Assembly: GCF_006345805.1 (NCBI RefSeq)
Contig: NC_042999.1
Coordinates: 140,368,001 to 140,432,000 of the forward strand
Reading direction: 5' to 3'
Source: Octopus sinensis
Taxonomy: Eukaryota
Length of the DNA stretch: 64,000 bases
Under the pieces are notes generated by a model. That model did no database searches. It had not been told where the DNA came from and saw only the letters and a program-made list of their open reading frames with translations. Below, one piece after another: positions 24,795 to 38,940 of the stretch. Position numbers and translations under genes: made by a program. Numbering within the stretch: the first letter of the stretch is position 1; every line of letters begins with the position of its first letter.

Positions 24795-25650
24795 ATGGTT
24801 TAATGATTCTTGTCAATATTAGCCACCTTGAGAGAAAAGTTGGACCTAAGAAGCATCAGATATGGTGTGCAAAAGAGACAACTGCACTGGTATGGCCACG
24901 TGGCGAGAATGGATGTGGATAGCTGTGTGAAAAAGTGCCACACCCTAGCGGTTGAGGGAACCTGTGGAAGAGGTAGACTTGGGATGAGGTGGTAAAGCAT
25001 GATCTTCGAACATTGGGCCTCACCAAGGCAATGACTAGTAACTGGGACCTTTGGAAATATGCTGTACTTGAGAAAATTTGGCAAGCTCAAGTGAGACCTT
25101 GTGGCCTATGCCAGGGGTGTAACCAGCCCACTTATATGTACCTTTCCTTCATTGGACACTAAACTCTGCTTGCGAAGTGCGAAGACCTGTTGAGGCAAGT
25201 GAAATCGAAATCAAATTCGATGACTGGCATACAAGCATGATCGTTGCCAGAGCAACAAGCTGGCCTCCATGCTGATGGCACGTAAAAAGCACCATTCGAG
25301 TGTGATCGTTACCTGCGTCGCCTTACTGGCACTCGTGCTGGTGGCATGTGAAAAAACATTCGAGTGAGTCGTTGCCAGTGCCACTGGACTGGCTCCTGTG
25401 CAGGTGGCACATAAAAAGCACCATTTGAGCATAGCCATTGCCAGTACCACCTGACTGGCCCTCGTGCCGGTGGCATGTAAAAGCACCCACTATACTCTCA
25501 GAGTGGTTGGTGTTAGGAAGGACATCCAGCTGTAGAAACTCTGCCAGATCAGATTGGAGTCTGGTGCAGCCATATGGTTCGCCAGACCTCAGTCAAATCG
25601 ACCAACCCATGTTAGCACGGAAAGAAGACGTTAAACGATGATGATAATGA
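24795..25650 (+). mobile_element. 5'-truncated RTE LINE with about 5 minisatellite units
   Basis: LHWYGHVARMDVDSCVKKC..GRGR, then 3' UTR and (GAT)n tail. Confidence 0.88.
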
Positions 25651-25699
25651 AAGCTTGCATTGAGTAGCTGTTAATTACAATAGAGATGAATGCATAACT

Positions 25700-25800
25700 A
25701 TATCAACTAGTTTCCTTCCCTACATACATCTCTGACAAACACATTCCAAACATCTTTGATCTCTTTCTCGTCTTCAACCCTAACCTCTACCATACCATAA
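25700..25800 (+). mobile_element. possible CR1/L2-type endonuclease remnant
   Basis: DKHIPNIFDLFLVFNP resembles the late ..LDLFL..NP motif of APE domains. Confidence 0.3.
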
Positions 25801-27266
25801 CTGTCTCTCTGCAGAAGCAACTGCTAAAGTAGTTTTCTGTTTCATGTCCTCCTGATGTTGCATTTTTTAAAACCAAGAATTTTAAGGCCTGGAGAAATTG
25901 ATCTGGGAATTCTGTTGACTGTTACTTGATGTCAATGTCTCACAAAATTCATTCACTGGTTGAAAGTAAATATCTTTTAGATATTTTTACACATCTTCAT
26001 AGTTATCACAACCTGTTATTGATTCAGACACTCTATTAGATATAAAATTTGTGAGGGTGTATCATCTGTTGAGATCTGGAATATTGGCATGAAAATTTTC
26101 AAATGTGCATATCAGGAGTTTCAATTTAAAAGATGTAGACACCAACTGAGAAATTGTGTCAACTCATTTGGAAGTTAGAACTATTTATTTAATTCTGTAA
26201 ATAAACTGTCATAAAAAAAAAAAAGAAATGATGTAACAACCAAAGTAAGGGAGAGAACTCGGTCATTACATAATATATTACGCAATGCAATATCCAGTTT
26301 AAGGGAGAGACCGTTCTCCTCATGTGTTTCATTATTGAAGGAAAGTAGAATCACAGCACACACACTTCTGTTTCTAGAATGACACTCAGTGTTATCGCTT
26401 ATCCCAGATTCTCTTACTTAGATGATAAAATGCTTCATTCCTTGGAAGGTTTTTATATATGAAGTCATCTTTACACAACTTTAGCCTGGATATACTGTAT
26501 TTCTATGAACAAAGGCATTGAAAATATTCTGCAACAGGAACATGATAACCTGATATTCTTCAAAATCACAAAAAACGCAATCATTGACATAACTATCTTC
26601 CTACTTTCAGCTCATAACTAATACTGTGGAAGTCTTTAATAAATACTAGTTATTATATTCTTTAACTATCTCTCATAGTGATAACACATTTGTATCACAA
26701 TCCAAAACTGTATATTGAAGTCTTTCTACTCATGGTTAAAGACTAAATCAGTTAACCATATGTATATGAGATAAGGACACCCCTTGTTATACTTTGAATG
26801 GTGTTGTTGCTATGCACAAACATTCTACATTGATGCATGTACATAGTGGATAAACACTTACTTGAGAAATAAAGGTTCCTTGTTGAAATTCAGTTTGTTA
26901 TTATGTACATATCTTGGAGTGAGCCATCTGATAATAATCGGCAATCAAACCATTTGAAATGCATTGTAGATGTAAATATCAATGTCTCATCTTTAAAGTT
27001 GATGACAATAGTTAAAACAAAAATCTTTTTATCAAGTTGCTGTATAGGAAGGAATGGGGCTAACATTCTTTTATTGGTTTCAGTCACCGGACATGCACAC
27101 ATGTGAAAGTACTAGTTCTTGAACAACGATGATCATATTGTAGTAATAATATTTCTAAGTTCAAATACTCTGAAACTTGTATGCATTTTATACAATACTG
27201 TTATCATAGCAACTTTTTTTGTAATGTTGGTTGATATTAGCATTATTTTTATTTATTTTTTTGCAG

Positions 27267-27366
27267 CTTTGGCTGCATCAGCTATTACCTACAGTGATTC
27301 TGAGAATTTTCTTTTGTCAAACTTGCATTGACTGAGTATGCTATCTGATGCCTTTATCTGAGATAG
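27267..27366 (+). CDS. ZNF800: ZNF800-like gene, small upstream exon; coding part 27348-27366 (MPLSEI + 1 nt)
   Basis: Acceptor ttttttttgcag ends at 27266 and donor TAG|gtaact starts at 27367. ATG 27348 gives 19 nt (phase 1), joining in frame to the exon at 27530. MPL start matches vertebrate ZNF800 as I recall it. Confidence 0.7.
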
Positions 27367-27529
27367 GTAACTGCATTAAGTGACATTATATTTGCTTTGT
27401 ATGTTTGTGGGATACAAAAATGGTTTAGTTAGCTCTTCAACTTATTTTTAATACTTTACTGAATTGGCCTGCTCAAATAAATTTTTTGAAAAATTTGTAA
27501 TGTTTCCTTTTCTGTTGCTTTCTTTTCAG

Positions 27530-30500
27530 TGTATGAAATGTTGATTGAAGGTAAAGATAGTGAAATGGAAAGTGATGACATTGATTTCTCTGCCCTTCCT
27601 CCACATATGGTGCCCGGTGTACAGATATTATCATTGGCAGAACTTATACGTTGTGTCAGCAATGGTACAGAAGAACTCCGTTATTATCTCCTCAAAGAAT
27701 CAAACACTATCATTGAGTGTAAAGTCTGCTTTAATCTCTTCCGCAATGTTGGATATTTCATTGCGCACAAACGTTTCTACTGCCTTGCCTGCAATCGAGA
27801 CAAACCAACCAATTCTAGTGCAACCCCACCAACATATGATGAGCAGTCAGTTACAGTTGCACCAGAACTTCCAACTGATGCCACAGATTTCAAAAAGCAA
27901 TCTGTGGAACTTGTCAGAAACAACCTTCTTAAAAGACCTTCAACTTTGTTGCACTGTTACGGGTCCAAAAGAGAATCTTTCTGGCAGATTTATAACAAGA
28001 CCAACAAACAGAATGAATCAAATAAAGAAATTTCTAGCTCTTCTTCCATCAGTTTTGAGCCAATTGATAACACCAAAGTTGCTATGAAAGTTGTGTCTTC
28101 AGATGTTACTGAAGAAAATGATATCAATTCTGCTGAGGCAAAGAGCCAAGAAGAAATTGCTGAGATCACACCAGATATTGAAGATGAAGATTTAGATGAT
28201 AAACTTGACAAAGGAACTACTTCTGAGCCGACATCTGAGAGATCTTCTCCTATACCCAATGAAACATCTGACTTTAAAGACTTAGAATCAAATATAAAAT
28301 ATGAGTTGGCAGATTTTAAACACCTGAAGTGTCTGAAATGTCAGCGAATCATGTCTTCTAAAAAGTCTTTGGTGAATCACGTCATTAACTTGCATGGTGA
28401 CTTGAAGCGCTACTATTCTTGCCCTCTCTGTAAAGAGAAGCTTAAATTCCGTTATTTCTGGGGGGTGATTCGACATTTGTCCACAATTCATTACATGAAA
28501 AAGCTACAAATTAATAAGATTCGATCAACTTTACGAAAATCTAGTTGGGTTGAGAAGAATTCTGGAGAAATAGTTAGCGCACCAATCCTCTGCAAGACCA
28601 AGCCTGCTAGTATTCAAACAAACAATAAAAGTAAGAAAGCTACCGAAGATAAAATACGTTTGAAGAATGAGGAAATTGCTTTTGCTAATGATCTTTTGCA
28701 ACAAAAAGTGCTACAAGGAATTTTAAGTAATTCATCTAAGGGTCGGAAGAAGTTCCGCTGTCAGAGCTGTAAAAAGGTGTTTACACAGATAAAGTCCTTG
28801 CAGGCTCATTTACGTGACTGCACTGATTGGGAACATGTAACTAAATCCTCAAGTGATTTCAAACAAAATGGGCAGAGTGCAAAGAAGTCTCAGGTAGCCA
28901 GCAAATCTCACTCAGAGCCAGCTCCTAATGAAGAGTTGAAAAAAAAAGAAACAGTTTCTTCTAACAAAGCAACTACATTACTTCCAAAACGAAATGATTC
29001 AGAAAAATCTTTGACTCAAAAGACTAATGATGGAACTAGTGACTTGAAAACCAAAGAAAGTATAAAGACCAGTGTCCAAACTGATATTCAACCATGTCCA
29101 TCTGGTTTAATTCCATTACAGTCTGCAAGTATTATTCCTCAACTTCCTCTTCCTGCAAGGTTACCTGCTAACATGTCTAACTGGACAAACCCTCCTCTCG
29201 GAAAATTCATCTCTATTGGAAATAATACGTGTACTACTAATAAGGCAAATAGTTCTCTAATTTCTTCTCTTACAATTACACCAAATGCAGTTCCTTTGTC
29301 TGACCAATCAAAATCTGTTCCATGTATTGTACGTCCCCTTCAAACTAATACTTTATCAACTGTTTCTGTGAATGATTTGCCCATTTTGCTCCCAACAACA
29401 GCTCTTTCTGGATCTGTAACTCCTGCTGTTTCTTCACAAAGCTCCACAAACATTGTGTGCTCAGTTGCTGCACCAAATACATTGTGTTTGGTAGACAACA
29501 AACAATCTCAAAAGCCCAGTCCTGTGATAATGTCTACAGTGAATAAAATAAATCCAGGTGACAATAGTCAAATCATAAATGATAATGTTGTCCCAAATAT
29601 ATTAGCAGCTGTTGATAAAAAGGGACAAATTTCATTGGCCACAATATTGTTGCCGGCTAACTCTCAACTCCCGGTCACTCAGCTTCCAAATGTTAGTGTT
29701 GAGAAACAAAATAGTACACTGATCCCTAGCCAATCAAATGCCACAGTTTCAAATGAAAACAAGACTTTGAATCATTTAGTAGAAAACAAAAATTCCAACG
29801 TTGTATCTAATGGCCATGTCAGCAGTTATTCTAATGACACTATTACACAAAGTGCAGAAATACAACCTTTGGATGATGTTAAAACTTTGATTGTGACTAA
29901 AGAGAATATAATTCAGGGACAAAAGGTTAGTGAATCTAAAACACTTGATGTTGATGGGGATGACTTCGAGAATTTTGCCGCTGCAAAAGACAAAGAAGAT
30001 AAATTCCCAGTATGTAAGAAAGAGAGAGACTCTAATATCACTAACTCAGTCAGTGATGGTATTAAACCTTCAACAGTTAGTTCAAGTAATGTTTCTTGTC
30101 AATCTGATGTTAACTCTCAACTCACACATCAAGAAAGCGACAGTAAATGTTCAACCTCACCCGATATTACTACTGTATCAGACACTTCTCAGGATTTGAG
30201 CAGTTCTCCTGAAAACCATTGTTCTGAAGCAAATTCTCAGCATTTGTCTAAAAAAACATCAAGTGTGCCTGGACACCAAATTCAAAGAAATGGCTTGAAA
30301 TATAATTCTGCTGGTATTCGTGATAAAAAGTCAGCTCTCCACTCGCTTATTGATAGTGAATCTCTCAGGTGTATTCAGTGTACTCGGAGCTTTAGTAAAA
30401 TGTCCCATGTACGTAGACATGCAATCAGACATCTGGGATGGAAGCGATACAAATGTAAATTTTGTTCTTTCTCCAATTATGAAAGATCCGAATGCAAGAC

Positions 30501-31668
30501 TCATATTAAACGACGTCATCTGGGCAAGATTGCTGGTTTAACTGTTAAACTGTTGGATTTCTACATTGTTGATTTGAATAATAATGATAATCAAATTACT
30601 AGTTGTGATAGCAAATTCTTTGTAAAGAGAAAAGAAGTAGAATCTTTAAAATTGGCATCATCCTCTACCACAAATCTTAAAACTTCTAGTGATGATGACT
30701 CAGAAGAATATACAAGAGTAGATTCTCCTGAACATATGACAAGTGTATCAGACTGTAGTGACCATAAGACAGGTGACTTGGACTCCACTGATAATGACAC
30801 AAGTGTTTCGAATTCTACTGATCATGCTATCAGTGTCTCGGAAGAGACCAGTTCTGCAAATATCAAGACAGGTGAAAAGCAAGACAGTGAAAAGATTCTT
30901 GCTTTGATTGACACTAAATCATTAAAGTGTCTGGAATGTAGCCGAGAATTCCAAAAGCGTTCACACCTACGCCGGCACATTGTACGCCATCTAGGATTGA
31001 AGCGGTACAAGTGTAAGCAGTGCAAATTTACAAGTTATGATCGTTCGGAATGCAGATCGCACATAGAGCGTTGTCATTTGGGTAAAGTACAAGGCATCAC
31101 TGTTAACTCAATCAATTGTTCTATTGTAATGCTTGGTCAATCTGAAGAAACTTATGAAGAAAGTCAGATGGAAAAATCCAATGCAAAGGAAACTGGAATA
31201 GAGCAAGAAATAGAAACAAGTGAAGATATTGATTCCAATTCTTGTAGCAATTTTATGAGTAATACTACTACTACTGCAACCACCTCCACATCTACCTTTA
31301 CTATGTCATCAACATCTTTTAATTCTCTATTCTCAACCAGTGAAAGTTCCAAAACAAAAGTAAATAAGAAACCATTGAACATTGCTGCTGGACACAAAGG
31401 CAAGTCACCTTCCAAACAAACCAGTGGGAAGGTTACTGGCAGTGCGAAGAGGAAAAAATCTCTTGGACAAGTCACATCCAGTAAACGTCAAATTTCTCCA
31501 AAGAAGGCTAAAAAAGTCTCCTCAACTCAGTCTTCAGCAACTACTGCAAAAAAATTACCTGCTGATGATTTGTCAGTGTTAAACACAAGGAAAGGATACT
31601 ATGTCAAACCTAACTTTCTGCAGCTTGCTAGAAGTGCAAAAAAAATTCCTAAAAGTAAAAACAATTAA
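27530..31668 (+). CDS. ZNF800: ZNF800-like zinc-finger protein, main exon (about 1385 aa with the upstream exon; 8 C2H2/C2HC fingers)
   Basis: Uninterrupted 4.1-kb ORF after acceptor tttcttttcag (AG 27528-29). N-terminal block ELIRCVSNGTEELRYYLLKESNTIIECKVCFNLFR..AHKRFYC matches the characteristic ZNF800 N-terminus. Dispersed fingers; basic C-terminus. Confidence 0.85.
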
Positions 31669-34600
31669 GCATCTAAAGAAATATTTTGGCAGCTTTTAGT
31701 TAACAGAAGAAAATACCCTAACCCTGGCTATTTTTAATTACTTTTATCATCACCAGCGTTGGTGGGAATGGCAAATATAATAGAGTATCAGGATATTATT
31801 AAATACTTTGCAGTATTTAATTAACACCCATTCTGTCCTGAGTTCAGATCTTTTGAAGACTTTCCTTTTCATCACTCCACAGTTGATAAAATAAGCACAA
31901 GCATGTATTAAGACTGTTTCTATGGACAATGCCTTTCCTTATGAAGATACAGCTTTCTGCTAATGTCAGAACCCATTATTAGTATCATAGTCATTAAAGA
32001 TTTGATCTTTGGAAACACCTGTGCCATCCTACTGGATGGCAGTAATATCTGTTGATTCCTTCCAAGCCTTTAAGTGCAGTTTAACCTTCTTGGTTAAAAA
32101 TAGCTTATAGCCTTCTGGCTTACAACATATTGAAACAAATATTTCTGCTTGTATATGAAGAGGACATTACAAATGACATGTATCAAGTATCTCAACCAAT
32201 TATATTTCTTGTATAATTGTTAAAGACCATTTCAACTGTTTTGTTGAGTATAGTAAATGCAAGGGGTTCTTTCTATGAAAATCAGTAACTGGCTGAAACC
32301 TACTTAGTTTGAACCCTCATTCAGACATTTTGACCACCTACTTGGTTTTATGTAAAGACTTTTTATTGTAAAACAATGAAAAAAATATCTTTTTCTATGT
32401 AAAATGACATCGACTTCACCATGTTGACTTGTAATCTGGTTTTATTTAATCACATTATTTTGACATCAACCACATTGCCATTGTCAAATTTGACTTGGTC
32501 TATGGACAACATCTTTGGATTATTGTTTGAAATTGTATTTAACTAAGATATTATTTTTTTTAGATGCATGTTTGTATATAAATATATGTAAAAGGGATGG
32601 CAGTGAATGTGCATGTATGTGTGTATCTAAATGTGTGAATGTATAAATATATAAATATGTGTGTGTGTGTGTAAATTTACATAATTGACTTTATCCATTT
32701 TACTTTACTGAATGAAAGAAAAACTAACCACTGTTGTCCAGGACATTACAGTAAATACAAAAACAACCCCTCCTTCTCTCGAAACTCACTGATACTCTTT
32801 CTTTAAATTCTAAAAATTGCAATGTCCCCTTCCTGATTTAGATATCAGCAATAATTTGTACTCTGTAACAAGGGGACAGATATTTAATGTTGGAAGGTTT
32901 TTTTTTTTAAATAAAAAAAAATCTGATTGTTGGGCTATGTCCATAGCCTTTTCCAGACATTGAAGCCTAAGAAATTAATGTGACTAATGCTATGCTCTAT
33001 ATTAGTTTTTAAAAATTTATGTCAAGTTAAATTGTCTCTTTTATAGGATGTCTCATACTTCTAATTAATGAAATATATTTAAAAAGAGAGAAGTTTTGTC
33101 ACTGTATACTTTACACTTAATCCAAAACTAAACATCTCACTGACATCCCCCACCCCACCCCGGTGCTATGTGGCCACAACCCACATACAACTTTGTTTCT
33201 TCCTTTATGTATTGTCTATAAAACTAAAAAAATGTTTCCATTTATTTTTCAATATAAACTGAACTAATCTGAATAATAGAAATATCATAAAATTTTTTTC
33301 TTGCTCTTATTTCTTATAGGTATTGTATATAAAAACTTGGTGATTTCAGTTTTTTTTTTAAAGAAAACGATTTGCTGTTTTGAATAGTTTTTAACTTTTA
33401 AGGTAAAGAATATAAATTTTCTTAGTCTCTTGAGGTTTCTAAGTCAGCCACTTAACTTTACTTTCATTGTTGTTGTTATTGTTGTTGTTCAACCTGAGGT
33501 CAGCCTTGATCCAGCCGACCTATGATCTAAGGCATTCTAGCCTTGACCATCCTGTCTTTTTAGTCATAGTATATTTAGAACTTCATTATCCAATGTATCC
33601 TTTCTTTTCAAGACAGAGTGAGATTTGGTTGCTATTTTTTAGCAGAATAAGTGACCACATAGCAACTTCCTCATTGACTCAAGTTTCATGGTATTAAGCT
33701 GTTGAGAGATAAGTTTCCTGGATAGGATGCTAGACTAAATTCTCACACAGCATGCTTGAAGCCACTGCTGTGTGTTCTTGAGTCAGCTGGGTGAATAAAG
33801 GCAAATGCACTTATGACTTGCTTAGAACAACGAAACACCCAAATGGATTTCAGTTCGTGTCCTTGAATTAGTAGGGACATTGCATTAAACCTTCAATAAT
33901 TTTGTCTTTCATGAAGTTTTATTTTCCTTTATATTCATTAGTCTAACTATGAGATGCTGTGCCCCTCATAATTAGACTTTTGCCTTCTTTTAAATGTTCT
34001 TTAGACAGGTAGAGATAAATGGGTGAGGCTAGTGTTGTTTCATACTTTCTTGTGGAAGAGGATTTGAATATAAAGATTATCAAAGGACTGTTGATTTGCA
34101 AAAACAGTATTGGATTTTTTAATGCTTCATAGTGTATATAGTTTCACATCTCTTAATAGTATATCATTATATAGTAATATCATGGACACTAATTTAATTA
34201 ACTATATGCTAATTTTCTACAAATTTAGGCCTTGTGACAATGTAGATTTGTTTTATTATAAACACTGAAATTATTAGGCAATTCCCAGCTAATTCAACAG
34301 TATTAAATTGCTGTTCTCCCTGTTTTAAACTTAACTGCTTCTAGATTAATGGAATAGAGAGTTCTAGGTTTCCACATTGCCAGTAATAAGACAGACACAT
34401 TAAAACTCTTTACACCTAATCATTCCAATGTTATACCCTGATGATAATAGGCATTATTCCAACTCTGCAAATGAATGGCTTCCTTTCAATAACTTCAAAT
34501 TTTCTTCAAATAAGAAAACGTTAAAATTGTTGTCTCTCTCTTTTGTTTTTAATAATCATTTTATTATTACACATTTCTTCTTTAATTCTCAGTTCTAAAA

Positions 34601-35039
34601 ATAAACAAAAAACTGGTTATTTCAGAGAATATTTAGTAAAGTACAATAATATTTAATTTAAATAGCTATATTTTGAATGATGATATTATTTTTTCTTTGT
34701 AAATCTAATGTATCTATGTGTGTAATCCAAATTATGATATAATTGCCAACTTAAAAAAAAAAAAATACTTATAGAAGGTTGCACTATTTACCTTCATCAA
34801 ATAAAACAATACATAACAAAAGTTTACAAAGAAAACTAATTTATGATTCAGTTATTCTAAAAGTAATGTTGCTTTAAATGAAAATTTAAAATAAAAATGA
34901 AGTGAAAATTCAACTGTTATCTTTAGAAATCTAATTGATATTTTCTATTATTTATGCATGTGCAAGTGATTAAAACAATTTTTAATGCCATACAGAGGTG
35001 GTTTTTAGTAAAATCACAGATGCATGCATGTATGCACAC

Positions 35040-35740
35040 ATCATCATCATCATCATCATCATTTAGCGTCCGTTTTCCATGCTAGCATGGGTTGGACGGT
35101 TCTACTGGGGTCTGTGAAGCCAGAAGGCTTCATCAGGCCCAGTCAAATCTGGCAGTGTTACTACGGCTGGATGCCCTTCCTAACGCCAACCACTCCGTGA
35201 GTGTAGTGGGTGCTTTTTACGTGCCACCCGCACTGGTGCCAGACAGAGCTGGCAAACGGCCACGAACGGATGGTGCTTTTTACATGCCACCGGCACGAGG
35301 GCCAGGCGAGGCTGGCAACGGACACGAAACGGGGCGGTGCTGGCAACGGTCGCGAAACGGAAAGTTCTCTTACATGCCACAGGCACTGGTAACACATCTG
35401 CAATTTCCATTGATCGATTTCCATTGATCGATTTCGATTCTGATCCTCACTTGCCTCAATGGGTCTTCACAAGCAGAGTTTCGACATGCCACCGGCACTG
35501 GTAGCACATCCGCAATTTCCATTGATCGATTTCGATTCTGATCCTCACTTGCCTCAACACGTCTTCACAAGTAGAGTTTTGTGTCCCAAGAAGGGAAGGT
35601 ATGCATACGTAGGCTGGCTCCATCCCATGTAGAAGGCCACGGGTTGTGGACTCACTTGTCCTGCCGGGTCTTCTCGCGCACAGCACACTTCCAGAGGTCT
35701 CGGTCTCTAGTCATTTCCTCAGTGAGACCTAAAGTTCGAA
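35040..35740 (-). mobile_element. RTE-family 3' end with minisatellite and a 70-80 bp direct duplication
   Basis: (CAT)n start and tail homology; ggcactggta.cacatc.gcaatttccattgatcgattt occurs twice (35382, 35491). Confidence 0.85.
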
Positions 35741-35999
35741 AATGATGAGTTTATCGTGGGACTTTTTATCTTCAGATTTTTGCCTGAAGATAATGGTGGT
35801 ACAAAACTTAGGTAAAAGGTGCATTCCAGAATTTTGAGATCTTTTTTTCAGGAAAATTACCTATTGTAATTTTAGTATATCATTACTATACATCTAATGA
35901 GCTAACCTTTCAACTTTTTATTATCCTTGGTTGAGGGAGATGGCTGTAATAGCATATTAAACACACCTATTAGATACTGCTTATCACAGCTGACTAGTT

Positions 36000-36320
36000 T
36001 GCAGAATGCAGTCAGGACACGACAATTCTGAAGCTCATTATGTAATAAATTTTTGTTTTAGACTGGGCAAAAACACTACACAAACTTACAAAATACTCCA
36101 GGCAGCTTGTGGATTAACTTGTATGTGCCAAGCATGTTTTTTGCTTGTACAAGAGGTTCAAAGATGATAGAGAGAAGGTGTGGGAGTGAGAGGGATGTCA
36201 AAATGTCAGAGTTGGTTGAGAAAATTCGCAATTTTCCAGATGAAGAGCATCATGTGGCCATAAAGACAGTAAGCATTCAGTTTGGAGTTGATGTGGCAAC
36301 TACACAGAATTCATGAAGAT
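36000..36320 (+). mobile_element. mariner transposase N-terminal remnant
   Basis: FRLGKNTTQTYKILQAA..YKRFKDDRE..ELVEKIRNF is HTH-region-like. Confidence 0.55.
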
Positions 36321-36339
36321 CTACATATGCACCCCCACT

Positions 36340-37320
36340 ATTTTTATCAGCAGTAGAGAGTGTTACCACTAGAATAAGAATAGCCTGGGCAAAGTTTAGA
36401 AAGCTTCTTCCCCTCCTGGCGACAAAGAGCCTCTCACTCAGAGTGAAAGGTAGACTGTACGACGCACGCATGTGAGCTGCCATGCTTCACGGCAGTGAAA
36501 CATGGGCCATGACTGCGGAGGACATGCATAGGCTCAAAACAAATGAAGCTAGCATGATCCGCTGGATATGTAATGTCAGTGTGCACGCACGACAGAGTGT
36601 AAACGCCCTGAGAGAAATGTTGGACATAAGAAGCATCGGATGTGGCATGCAGGAGAGATGTTTGCATTGGTATGGTCATGTACTATGAATGGATGAGGAG
36701 AGATGTGTGAAGAAGTGCTACTCCCAAACAGTTGAAGGAATCCAGGGTAGAGGTAGACCCAGGTGGTCAAGCATGACCTTTGAATGTTGGGCCTCACAGA
36801 GGCTATGACGAAAGACCGAGACCTCTGGAGATATGCTGTGACTGCGAAAACATGACAAATGAAGTGAGTTCATGGCTCACAGGAAGCCCTGCTGTGCTTA
36901 CCTTGGATTGCAAGGCGACCTGCTGTGCTTGAGGAGACCTATTGAGTCAAGTACATCAACATCAAAATAAGTCAAATGGAAATTGCAGTTGTAATACTTG
37001 TGCCGGTGGCATGTAAAAACACTATCCGAATGTGGCCGATGCTAGCGCTGCCTTGACTGGCATCCATGCTGGTGGCACGTATAAAGCACCAACTGATCAT
37101 GGCTGTTGCCTGCCTCGACTGGCATCCGTGCCGGTGGCATGTTAAAAGCACCCACTACACTCACGGAATGGTTGGTGCTAGGAAGGGCATCCAGCTGTAG
37201 AAACACTGCCAGATCAGACTGGAGCCTGGTGCAGCCTCCCGCCTTCCCAGACCCTGGTCAAACCGTCCAACCCATGCTAGCATGGGAAACAGATATTAAA
37301 TAATAATGACGATGATATCA
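36340..37320 (+). mobile_element. 5'-truncated RTE LINE
   Basis: MLHGSETWAMTAEDM..LHWYGHVL, then 3' UTR, minisatellite and tail. Confidence 0.9.
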
Positions 37321-37429
37321 TGTTGAAAACAGCAATTCTTGTCTGATCACTAAAGTTAAGTAACCTTGAGCCTAATTAGTACTTTGATGGGAAACCTAGA
37401 GGCTGTAAGCAAAACCTTTGATACAGGTG

Positions 37430-38060
37430 TGGCATGGCTGTGTGGTTAAGAAGCTTGCATTGCAATCATAGTTTTGGGTTCAGTCCTGTGGCTAGTGTCT
37501 TTTAAAACCCCAAGCTGACCAATGCTTTCTGAGTGGATTCAGTAGACAACTGTGTAGAAACCCCATATGTGTGTGTCTGTTTTTCACACAGACGCCTCTC
37601 ACACCTTGACAACTGATGTTGGTTTGTTTACATCTTTATTATTTAGTGGTTCAGCAAAAGAGACTGATAGAATGAGTACGAGGCTTTAAAAAAATATAAG
37701 CATTGTGGTTGACTTGACTAAACCCTTTAAGATGGAGCTCCAGTATGGCTGCAGTGCAGTGACTGAAACAAGTAAAAAATAAAGGAAGACATATATGTAT
37801 GTGTGTATCTTCTACTATAGCCATGGGCCAACCAAAGCCTTGTGAGTAGCTATGATAAATGGAAACTGAAAGAAGCCTGTCATATGTATATAACAATGTC
37901 TGTTTGTCCTCACCACCGCTTCACAATAGGTGTTAGTTGGTTTATGTCGCTGCAGTTCAGCAAAAGAGGCTGACAGAATAAATACTGGAGTAGATTTGTT
38001 CAATTAAAACGTTTCACGATGGTGCTCCAGCATAGGTACAGTCCCATGACTGAAACAATG
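37430..38060. mobile_element. two degraded SINE A copies in opposite orientation (+37430-37790, -37810-38060)
   Basis: Homology to SINE A head and tail segments. Confidence 0.7.
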
Positions 38061-38683
38061 AAAAGATATATCTATATAAATACAGTACAAAAAATATAAC
38101 ACCAAGAAGAAGTAAAAAAACTAACACAGTGTAGTAGGTTGATGTACAGGAAATATGAAAAAAATAGAAATCGTTTAGCTTTTGAGTGTACACTCTTCTG
38201 AACGAAAGAATAGACAAGGAATTATAAAAATAGAGAAAGGAACACATGAATATAATTATCATATAATAATAATAATAATAATGAAATTATTGTATACAGT
38301 GCTCAGGTGCACCACAACTTGTCAAAAGTGTGTATAAAGCATATGCAGTAATGTACAAATGTCTAGAAAGTGAACAGTGTGAGTCAGATGCATGCTTGCA
38401 TGTGTATGGAGGGGAGAAAATCAGGTGTAGTGTTGGTGAATCTCAGGAAGCATGGAAATTTGAAGTTTGAATCATGGCATGCTGAAATGAACAAAGAGTT
38501 GTTTTAGGCATGAGTGGCAAGGGGGACAACTATGAGCCTAGCATATACGTGTGTGTGTGTGTATAAAACTGTTGTATACATGTGTGCTTGCTTTCTGTAT
38601 GTGTATATAAGGCTGTTGTGTGCATCATACTGGATAAACATGTCAGGTGAAATAGAGGTGACATAAGTAGTAGTACAATATAC

Positions 38684-38895
38684 TCTTACTCTCTTTTACT
38701 TGTTTCAGTCATTTGACTCTGGCCATGCTGGAGTACCGCCTTTAGTCGAACAAATCGACCCCGGGACTTATTCTTTGTAAGCCCAGTACTTATTCTATCG
38801 GTCTCTTTTGCCGAACCGTTAAGTGACGGCGACATAAACACACCAGCATCGATTGTCAAGCAATGCTAGGGGGACAAACACAGACACACAAACAT

Positions 38896-38940
<45 letters not shown>

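Noticed and set aside
27545-28087. 180-aa alternate-frame ORF and several antisense ORFs within ZNF800-like
   Set aside because: Expected by-products of a long coding exon; no motifs or separate signals.
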